A stretch of 52,393 nucleotides of DNA. It comes from a virus (Duplodnaviria > Caudoviricetes). Numbering within the stretch: the first letter of the stretch is position 1; each line of letters starts with the position of its first letter. This document shows positions 36,752 to 43,353 of the stretch, in pieces. The translations under genes were made by a program, and so were the position numbers. The notes below the pieces were generated by a model that had not been told where the DNA came from, ran no database searches, and saw nothing but the letters and a program-made list of their open reading frames with translations. The stretch spans positions 1 through 52,393 of the IMG/VR virus record IMGVR_UViG_3300048999_000021; one strand, 5' to 3'.

Positions 36752-36792
36752 ACGTTACTCCAAATTCAAAAACATGGACACTTTGTTGTCAA
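36752..36792 (-). promoter_or_regulatory. AT-rich promoter region
   Basis: TTGACA at 36787-36792 and TGTCCA-N17-TAACGT, with TGGAG before the -10 as in the 38.9 and 40.5 kb promoters. Confidence 0.6.
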
Positions 36793-36806
36793 GAAAATAT
36801 GGCGAG

Positions 36807-38681
36807 CTAATCCGCCTTGCGACCGGATAGGAGCGCCCGAACCACCTCGACTCCGCGCCTCTCATCCAGCCAGGACCGGGTGTCCTTGTCGCGCATAGAC
36901 GTCGTCCGGGCTATGCCCTCCTCGATTGTGCCGAGCGAGTGCAGGTACCAGACTGTCTTGGCCCGAGCCTCGCCGGTCGTGTTGTCGATACGAAACTCAA
37001 GCTGGACCTGATCATCGGGTATCCATGTCTCATCGATGATGAATATTTCGTCAGCGGCGTTGAGCTCGATCCCGACACCGCCGGTCTTGGTCTGCAGCAG
37101 CAGCACCCGGGCCGCAGGCACGGTCTGGAACTCCTCGATGATCCAGGCGCGATCCTTGTTTGGCACGGCGCCCGTCAGGACGAGATGCGGAATGCCTGCC
37201 ATCTGCGACAGGGTGTGGCTGAGCAGATCTAGCGTCTTCGTCGACTGCGACGCGATCACGATCTTGGAGTCACCTTCCGGGCTCTCGGCCGGCGAGCGGA
37301 TACCGCGCTCCTCCAGCGCACCGAGCAGGTAGTCGACCTTGTTGGACGGTAGCTCGGCCCAGACGTCCTCGCCGTTTGTGTCGAGGTGGTGGTTAGCAAA
37401 CTGCTTCGCCCGGGTCATCTCCGCCAACACGCCGTTCGCCGATAGTTCGCCCGACCCGAGGTCGATCGTCGCCGACTTCGCGAACCGCTCATAGGCTGTC
37501 TTTTGCTTCCCTTCCATCGGCAACCACACCGCGACGGGCGAGCTGGGATCGCTCGGGTCTAGGGGCTCTCCGCCGTACATCCGCGCGGGTAGCTCGGGCC
37601 GGACCTCGGCGGTCGTCCGTCGCAGCATCATCCGGCTCAGCTCCGCCTCCAGCGCCTCCTCGACGCCGGGCAGCTGCTCGCCGATCTCCAGGCCGTAGCC
37701 ACCCTCGATCACGTCCCAGTACTGCTTGATCCAAAACCACTTGCTCGCGTAGAGGTCGGGCCGGAGCCAGTTGAACGTGCCCCAGTAGTTCTGGTTGTTG
37801 CCTCGGGCCGGCGTCCCCGTGAGACAGAAGCGGAATGCCGTGGGGTTGAGCTTCGCGAGATGGACCATGCCCTGCCGGTTGGCTGACATCTTGAGCGTGT
37901 TGGGACCAATCAGGACCTCTTGCGACTCGTCGCAGATCATGCCTTCGAACAGCGCCGGATCGTGGAGAGCCGGATAGTCCGGCGGCAGCAGCTGCACCTC
38001 GCCGGACTTCTCCGTCTTGCGGATGCGCAGCATGGCCGGGTTGGCAAGGATGAATGTGAAGGAGTCGGGGTACTTGATCGAGTACTCGAACGCAGCGGAG
38101 ATCGTTTCCTCGCGCTTGGCGCGGACACCGACAGCCGCAAATGCAGCCCCCAGCCCCGGTAGCCAGCGCGCAATCTGCCGGGCCCACACCGTTTCCAGGG
38201 TGGTAGCGGGCGCGCTGACCAGGTACAGGCCCGGACGGTTGTTCTCGACCACAGCGGCGAGCGCCTGGATCGTCTTGCCGAGCCGTGGCTCATCCGCGAG
38301 GAGCGAGGCCTGCGCCGAGACCAGGTACTTGACGCCTATCGTCTGGTATGGACGGAGCGCGGCGTACAGCTCCGGAGCGAGGCGCGGCAGGTTCTCCAGC
38401 TCGACGCTGTCCCGGCGAGACAGGTCAACGAGCTCGGCGGTTCGCTCCTTCTCGCCGCGCGCCCACTCGGCCAGCTCCGGTCCGATCTCCAGCGCGTCGC
38501 CGAACACCGCGCGTAGCTTCAAGCACACGGACCAATCGAGCGGATAGTTCCACGTCTTCGTGCTCGGCGCCCAACGGGCGCCTGGTACGCGCTTCGCGTA
38601 GACCGGGCCGTCCCCGTTGGCGTACGGGATGCGGGCGACAATCCGTCGCCCGTCCCGCTCGATCGAAACCGTCCCTCGCAT
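36807..38681 (-). CDS. SNF2-family helicase
   Basis: LRPYQ, LADEPRLGKT, CDESQ, LTGTP, MLRRT, GGVGIELNAA and Q...RID. Confidence 0.9.
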   Translation of the reverse strand: MRGTVSIERDGRRIVARIPYANGDGPVYAKRVPGARWAPSTKTWNYPLDWSVCLKLRAVFGDALEIGPELAEWARGEKERTAELVDLSRRDSVELENLPRLAPELYAALRPYQTIGVKYLVSAQASLLADEPRLGKTIQALAAVVENNRPGLYLVSAPATTLETVWARQIARWLPGLGAAFAAVGVRAKREETISAAFEYSIKYPDSFTFILANPAMLRIRKTEKSGEVQLLPPDYPALHDPALFEGMICDESQEVLIGPNTLKMSANRQGMVHLAKLNPTAFRFCLTGTPARGNNQNYWGTFNWLRPDLYASKWFWIKQYWDVIEGGYGLEIGEQLPGVEEALEAELSRMMLRRTTAEVRPELPARMYGGEPLDPSDPSSPVAVWLPMEGKQKTAYERFAKSATIDLGSGELSANGVLAEMTRAKQFANHHLDTNGEDVWAELPSNKVDYLLGALEERGIRSPAESPEGDSKIVIASQSTKTLDLLSHTLSQMAGIPHLVLTGAVPNKDRAWIIEEFQTVPAARVLLLQTKTGGVGIELNAADEIFIIDETWIPDDQVQLEFRIDNTTGEARAKTVWYLHSLGTIEEGIARTTSMRDKDTRSWLDERRGVEVVRALLSGRKAD

Positions 38682-38682
38682 G

Positions 38683-38862
38683 TCAGCGCTCGTTCCAGCT
38701 CTCGACGGCGAACGGGTCAGACTCCGTCACCACGGCCTCCTCCACGCTCACCAGCAGCGAGATCCGGTCAGCCGACATCTCTGCCTCGGCATAGCTGTCG
38801 AAGTCGTGGTCCAAGTTGCGATAGGTCGACTCGCCTGCGTAGCGGTACTCGACTCCGAACAT
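38683..38862 (-). CDS. Small acidic hypothetical protein
   Basis: GGGAG RBS, ATG 38862, 59 aa. Confidence 0.6.
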   Translation of the reverse strand: MFGVEYRYAGESTYRNLDHDFDSYAEAEMSADRISLLVSVEEAVVTESDPFAVESWNER

Positions 38863-38881
38863 GTCTGCTCCCGGCTCTCGG

Positions 38882-38899
38882 GCGGGACCCTCATCCCGC
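38882..38899 (-). promoter_or_regulatory. Leader hairpin with UGAGGG loop (copy 3)
   Basis: GCGGGA-TGAGGG-TCCCGC, then GAGCCGGGA at 38869-38877. Confidence 0.8.
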
Positions 38900-38908
38900 G
38901 TAGCACAG

Positions 38909-38937
38909 ACGCTACTCCACATACTTTGCATTGGCTA
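38909..38937 (-). promoter_or_regulatory. SigA-like promoter
   Basis: TAGCCA-N17-TAGCGT. Confidence 0.6.
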
Positions 38938-39690
38938 GCGGACCTGCACCAGCGCGTCGAGGAACAGCGCCCGGTATCCCTCGCCCGACTCGTCGCAGAA
39001 CGACAAGATCCGCCGGCCTAGCGTGTCCTCAGCCTTTGAGTTGGTGATGAAGGTGGAAGTGTCAGAGACTGTCTTGAAACCTTCCTTGGTCTTGATCTCG
39101 CGAAGCTCAGCCGGCACCCGACCCTCCTCGTACGCGTTCGACATCGAGTTGCGCCACACCAGCTTGCGGCCTCTGATCTTGGCCAGCACGGTGGCGTCAT
39201 CAGCGGTCAAAGGATCGAATGGGACCTTCTGGGTCAGCTGGCGTACGGCAGCCTGGGCCACGCCGACCGGGCGCCGAGTGCTCATCGGAGCGTTCTCGAT
39301 CGCGGTCTGGCTGAGGATCTTCCGGCCCTCGCTCGCGTTGCGGACGTTGCGCGCGTGCTTGGCAGCCTCGTAGCGACCGGGATAGACGAACTGGTCGTTG
39401 GACGCCCAGCTCAGCTCCAGCGCCTCCGTCCCGCGCCGAGCGAGCACCGTCTTTCGCTTGGTCTTCGGATCGCGGATCTTCTCCACGGTCCACCCGGCCG
39501 CCTCTGCATCATCGGCGAACCGGCGTGGCTTGCTCGGAGTGGCGGACTGGCTCGCGCTCGCCATGGGCGCGGCGATCTCGTCCTTGGCTCGGTTCTTCGG
39601 CAGCTTCGAGGTCGCGTTGTTGGCTGCGTGTCTCTCGCTGAGTGCGGCCGCGCGGCGGCGACCTGCACCCTTGACTGTGGTTGTGGCCAT
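38935..39690 (-). CDS. Basic early hypothetical protein
   Basis: AAGGA RBS; 251 aa; PFD...D..VL..IRGRKLVWRN...LDALVQV C-terminal domain. Confidence 0.7.
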   Translation of the reverse strand: MATTTVKGAGRRRAAALSERHAANNATSKLPKNRAKDEIAAPMASASQSATPSKPRRFADDAEAAGWTVEKIRDPKTKRKTVLARRGTEALELSWASNDQFVYPGRYEAAKHARNVRNASEGRKILSQTAIENAPMSTRRPVGVAQAAVRQLTQKVPFDPLTADDATVLAKIRGRKLVWRNSMSNAYEEGRVPAELREIKTKEGFKTVSDTSTFITNSKAEDTLGRRILSFCDESGEGYRALFLDALVQVR

Positions 39691-39708
39691 GTTGGTTCCT
39701 TCCCGACT

Positions 39709-39724
39709 CCCGGCCCTCACCGGA
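39709..39724 (-). promoter_or_regulatory. Leader hairpin with UGAGGG loop (copy 2)
   Basis: TCCGG-TGAGGG-CCGGG abutting GAGTCGGGA at 39701-39709. Confidence 0.75.
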
Positions 39725-39731
39725 TGGATGG

Positions 39732-39760
39732 AGCCTACCGCCCGAGGCGACGGTAGGCTA
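39732..39760 (-). promoter_or_regulatory. SigA-like promoter within an inverted repeat
   Basis: TAGCCT-N17-TAGGCT; arms AGCCTACCG/CGGTAGGCT. Confidence 0.55.
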
Positions 39761-39923
39761 CCTGACCTTGCCGCCAGATCCAGCGGAGCGTCAAACCTGT
39801 GTAGATCACAGCGTAGACGATGCCCGTGATCAGAGCTCCGATAACCCAGCCGATGAGAGCCAGCCAGAACGGCGCTACGTATTCTGGCTGGCCGCCACGG
39901 ATGATGATGGGCAGGGTTACCAC
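39735..39923 (-). CDS. Small membrane protein
   Basis: Long hydrophobic stretch FWLALIGWVIGALITGIVYAVIY. Confidence 0.6.
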   Translation of the reverse strand: MVTLPIIIRGGQPEYVAPFWLALIGWVIGALITGIVYAVIYTGLTLRWIWRQGQVAYRRLGR

Positions 39924-40465
39924 CCCACCTTCGACGCGCAGACCGGGCCGATACCGCGCTGGATTGACTCAGCGTCGGTGAGCGTCCGGTTGCAGATCCC
40001 GCAGCGTCCGAGCTGGTGGCCGTAGGCGATCGCAGCCTGCTTCGCGTCGAACGCGATCGCAGTCAGGATCGTCGCGGCCTTGCTCAAGCTCTTGACCGGG
40101 TGGAAGTCGTCCGAGGCCTGGACCTTGACGAACGTGTAGCCCTTCCAGCGCCCGTCCTGCGGACGATCGATCTTGTAGAAGCGCCACACCTTCTCAGTCG
40201 AGCCGGCGAACTCGCCGAGCTTCATTTCTTCGATCGCGTAGTACGCGGTCGCTACGTTCGGCAGCGAGCGAGCGGCTGCGCGGATCTCGTCGACAGGCGA
40301 GGGACGGTGCTCGCGGACCGGCGCGGCGGGCAGGCGACTCGCGCCTGGGGCGTCATAGACCTGGGGCAGTTCGGCGTTCGGGAGCTTGCCCGAGTTGCCG
40401 TAGCACTGCTTCACGCCCGCGCTGTTCTCGTGGTAGTCCTTGCAGTTTCCGCATTTGACGGCCAT
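39917..40465 (-). CDS. DUF6011-like zinc-binding protein
   Basis: YG...GRCGICNRTLTD.ESI.RGIGPVCA C-terminus and an N-terminal CGNC...H...C. Confidence 0.85.
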   Translation of the reverse strand: MAVKCGNCKDYHENSAGVKQCYGNSGKLPNAELPQVYDAPGASRLPAAPVREHRPSPVDEIRAAARSLPNVATAYYAIEEMKLGEFAGSTEKVWRFYKIDRPQDGRWKGYTFVKVQASDDFHPVKSLSKAATILTAIAFDAKQAAIAYGHQLGRCGICNRTLTDAESIQRGIGPVCASKVGW

Positions 40466-40492
40466 GTCTGCTGGCCCCTTCCCGACTCGTGC

Positions 40493-40510
40493 GCCGGACC
40501 CTCATCCGGC
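40493..40510 (-). promoter_or_regulatory. Leader hairpin with UGAGGG loop (copy 1)
   Basis: GCCGGA-TGAGGG-TCCGGC, then GAGTCGGGA at 40480-40488. Confidence 0.8.
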
Positions 40511-40522
40511 TTCGTAGCTCCG

Positions 40523-40550
40523 ACTGTACTCCAGCAACTATGCATATCAA
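40523..40550 (-). promoter_or_regulatory. Promoter at the start of the early region
   Basis: TTGATA-N16-TACAGT. Confidence 0.65.
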
Positions 40551-40559
40551 AATAGGTGC

Positions 40560-40680
40560 GGGCCGGACCCCTCAGCTTCAGCGGTGAGGGACCACTGTGG
40601 ACGGTAAGCTGAGAGATCCGGCCCAGATCAGGAGAGGTGAGCGGGAGGAGTCGGGAACTCAACCGACTCACACCCTCCTG
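40560..40680 (-). ncRNA. Two-hairpin structured RNA / late-operon terminator after the holin
   Basis: Hairpin A 40629-40680. Hairpin B 40560-40624 has 19-bp and 7-bp stems whose G-U pairs work only on the minus strand, followed by UAUUUU. Confidence 0.65.
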
Positions 40681-40690
40681 CGTCGAGATC

Positions 40691-41152
40691 TTACCCGTTC
40701 GGCGGAGGCGCTGAAACGGGCTTGGGGAACGTTGACAGCGCGGCGCTAAGCGGGGTTTTCTTCCACAGACCGATCCGCCCGGCGATCGCAACGGCCAGCG
40801 AGACGCCGGCCAGCACCAAGGCCTTCTTCCAGTCATAGTGCGAGGCGTCGGACGTGTTCGCCCACTCGGTTAGGAACCCGTTCGCAGTCGCCAACACCAA
40901 CGTGATATAGCCCTCTACCGTCTGACTCCAATGCGGTAGAGAGACCAGCGCCGAGACCAGCGGCATGAAGTACGAGATAGCCACGGCTAGCACAGTCGCC
41001 GTTGAGAGCGGGATGCCGAGGATGGACGGCTGGTTGACCGTCGCGAGCGCTACGGCGTGCGTGGCCGCGAACACCGACTGAATTGGGGCCAGTGTGAAGC
41101 ACGCGAACAGGAACGCCGCGAAGCCGAGCACGACCGCCAGCCGGCGTCTCAC
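40691..41152 (-). CDS. Holin-like membrane protein
   Basis: GTG 41152 overlaps the lysin stop (GTGA); about 4 hydrophobic segments; P.VSALVS...LA.ANGFL.EW. Confidence 0.75.
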   Translation of the reverse strand: MRRRLAVVLGFAAFLFACFTLAPIQSVFAATHAVALATVNQPSILGIPLSTATVLAVAISYFMPLVSALVSLPHWSQTVEGYITLVLATANGFLTEWANTSDASHYDWKKALVLAGVSLAVAIAGRIGLWKKTPLSAALSTFPKPVSAPPPNG

Positions 41153-42060
41153 GACGCACCCAGCTTCGCTTCGATCCGCGCCAGCGTGGCCTCCAGCGAG
41201 TCCACCCGGTCGTAGATCGCATCGATATTTTTGGGGTGGGTGACGGTGACCTTGCCTTTGGCGTCCGGGATACCGCCGTGCAGCACCACCTGGATGTCTT
41301 CGTGGATGCTCTGTGCGTCTGCCATCGAAAGTCCTCCTGGCTCTGGTTTGACTGTGCCGCCTAGGAACAGCGCTTGTAGTTGTTTGACCCCGGTCACCCG
41401 GATCGCGTTCGCGTCGGCAGGGGACTGGCCGGCGATAGTCGCGCTGGAGGTGAACTGCCCGACCGTCGGCGCGATCCCGGAGTAAGGGTTCCAGATCGAG
41501 CCCTTGTCCCCAGGATACAGACGTTGCGGGCTGCCCTGCCCGTTTACGTAGTGCGACGCCCACAGGTTGCGGTACTTCAGGCCTCTGAGCTGCCCGCCAT
41601 ACAGCCACTCTGGAGCGTACACCGTAACCTGGCTGGGTTTGCAGTGCGCCCGGGTCACGATCCGGTCCCCGCAGGCGTTGATCTCGGCCACGGTCGGTGC
41701 ACGGTACGGGCTAAATTCCTGGAACAGCTCAGCGTCGATCTGCCAAACCCAGCATGGGTGGCTGCCCCACCACGGCGCGACGCGGTTGACCGTGTTAAAC
41801 CAGAAGTCGGCCTGTGCGGCCGGGTTGTTCGGCCACAGGACGTGGTATCCGCCCAGCACCGTGAATCTGACCGGCCGAGCCCGGTTCATCGCGTCGTCGA
41901 AGTAAGGGTCTACGAACGTCGATCCCTCGGTGGACTTGTGGGTGAACAGCTCGATACCCTCGCGCTTGGCTCGGGCCAGGTCCATCTTACCCCGGGGCCA
42001 GTCGTGGTTGCTGGCGTCCCAGCCGTATTCAGTCACCGGCCTCGTCCGATGCTTTGGCAT
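41149..42060 (-). CDS. Endolysin, GH25 muramidase
   Basis: GWDASNHD, KSTEG...DP.F, GGYH, IDAE, LWASHY, QFTS and DAN. The start may be GTG 42036. Confidence 0.9.
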   Translation of the reverse strand: MPKHRTRPVTEYGWDASNHDWPRGKMDLARAKREGIELFTHKSTEGSTFVDPYFDDAMNRARPVRFTVLGGYHVLWPNNPAAQADFWFNTVNRVAPWWGSHPCWVWQIDAELFQEFSPYRAPTVAEINACGDRIVTRAHCKPSQVTVYAPEWLYGGQLRGLKYRNLWASHYVNGQGSPQRLYPGDKGSIWNPYSGIAPTVGQFTSSATIAGQSPADANAIRVTGVKQLQALFLGGTVKPEPGGLSMADAQSIHEDIQVVLHGGIPDAKGKVTVTHPKNIDAIYDRVDSLEATLARIEAKLGAS

Positions 42061-42220
42061 CTCCTCCTGTCGCGATCCGCTCTAGGCGTCGCGCTGTCTC
42101 GCGCAGCTTTTCAGCCACGAGCCCTAGATCCTCCGGGTGAATCTCGTTGGGCCTCTCTGGATCCAGATGGTCAGCGACATCCTGCAATTGCCTGGCGTCG
42201 CCCGCTGCTGTTTGCATCAT
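42029..42220 (-). CDS. Small hypothetical protein
   Basis: GGGAG RBS; 63 aa filling the gap before the lysin. Confidence 0.55.
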   Translation of the reverse strand: MMQTAAGDARQLQDVADHLDPERPNEIHPEDLGLVAEKLRETARRLERIATGGDAKASDEAGD

Positions 42221-42230
42221 GAGCTCCCGA

Positions 42231-42956
42231 CTACTGTTGAGTTACGACACACGTATCGTACTTCTTGGCGTCCGTATTCCAAGGGCAGTGAACGTGGTAA
42301 GCGTGGTCTGTGTCCAGCGGGCCAGCGGCTGGCACCGTGAAATCGAAGTCAATGTCAGTTGGCGGTGGCCCTTCTGGCCCCGTCGGTCCCTGGTCACCCT
42401 TCGGGCCTTGGTCGCCTGGGGCTCCTGGCAGTCCTGGATCTCCGGGTATCCCCTGAGCTCCTGCAGCCCCGCTAGCGCCTGGCGCTCCTGGGCCGCCGCT
42501 ATCCCCTGCGGCGCCCGAGGCTCCATCGGCTCCGGCAGGCCCGGGGCTGCCCTGTGGGCCTTGCGGCCCTGGCAGTCCTGGAGGGCCAGCGGGTCCGCGT
42601 GGGCCGGGGATGCCGGCCGCCCCGGTCGGTCCTGGCAGAGGTACGGGGGTTGCCGTCGCGAGCTGCGAAGCTCGGGTGCAGAAGCCGGGATGCTGCGCCT
42701 GGAAGGAAGTGGATTGGCAGAGCTGGTTGATGCCCTTGGCCAAGTCGACACCTTGCGTCACGAGCGGAGCCTGCGCTGAGATTGTGGCCTCTGCTGACTT
42801 CTTGCCCTTCGCATTGTCATTGCTCTGGTCCGACTTATGAGCAAACTGAAGCTGCGAGATGACGATGTAGGCCACCACCAGCACAGCCACTATCCCGCTC
42901 ACTATCAGAGCGCTGTCTACTCGATTTGACTTGCCCTCAAGATGATTGGCCATCAC
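42231..42956 (-). CDS. Membrane-anchored collagen-like protein
   Basis: N-terminal TM, a Cys pair, 30 consecutive G-X-Y triplets, and a C-terminal Cys pair. Confidence 0.85.
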   Translation of the reverse strand: MMANHLEGKSNRVDSALIVSGIVAVLVVAYIVISQLQFAHKSDQSNDNAKGKKSAEATISAQAPLVTQGVDLAKGINQLCQSTSFQAQHPGFCTRASQLATATPVPLPGPTGAAGIPGPRGPAGPPGLPGPQGPQGSPGPAGADGASGAAGDSGGPGAPGASGAAGAQGIPGDPGLPGAPGDQGPKGDQGPTGPEGPPPTDIDFDFTVPAAGPLDTDHAYHVHCPWNTDAKKYDTCVVTQQ

Positions 42957-43302
42957 TCACCGCCTCCTCCCGCATCTGCCGTATCTCGGCTTCCAGACGC
43001 GTTATCTTCTGGCCTAGCTCAGCAATGCGTTCAGTAAGATCCTGCACGGTCTGTGCAAGTCCAGCCGACTGAGCCCGGGAGACAGCGGCATCTTCTTCGG
43101 CTGCATATTGAGCGCGCCGCGCGCTCGACAGCTTGTCCTCCAGCTCAGCCCGCTCAGCCCGAAGGCTGGCAATGCGCTCCTCGTAGCCCTTGACCTGGCC
43201 GGTCCTGGTACGGTCTGACGACGCGTTAATCCTGATCCAGAACGCAACCGCAACCAACAACGCTCCGCCAATGATGATGGTGGGAGCCTGCTCCACAACC
43301 AT
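42937..43302 (-). CDS. Membrane protein with coiled coil (lysis cassette)
   Basis: N-terminal TM then a heptad coiled coil; the start follows the GAGTCGGGA box. Confidence 0.7.
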   Translation of the reverse strand: MVVEQAPTIIIGGALLVAVAFWIRINASSDRTRTGQVKGYEERIASLRAERAELEDKLSSARRAQYAAEEDAAVSRAQSAGLAQTVQDLTERIAELGQKITRLEAEIRQMREEAVSDGQSS

Positions 43303-43353
43303 GTCCCGACTCCCATCGCTCACCATCCCCGTGCTATTAGTCGATCTTATCCG

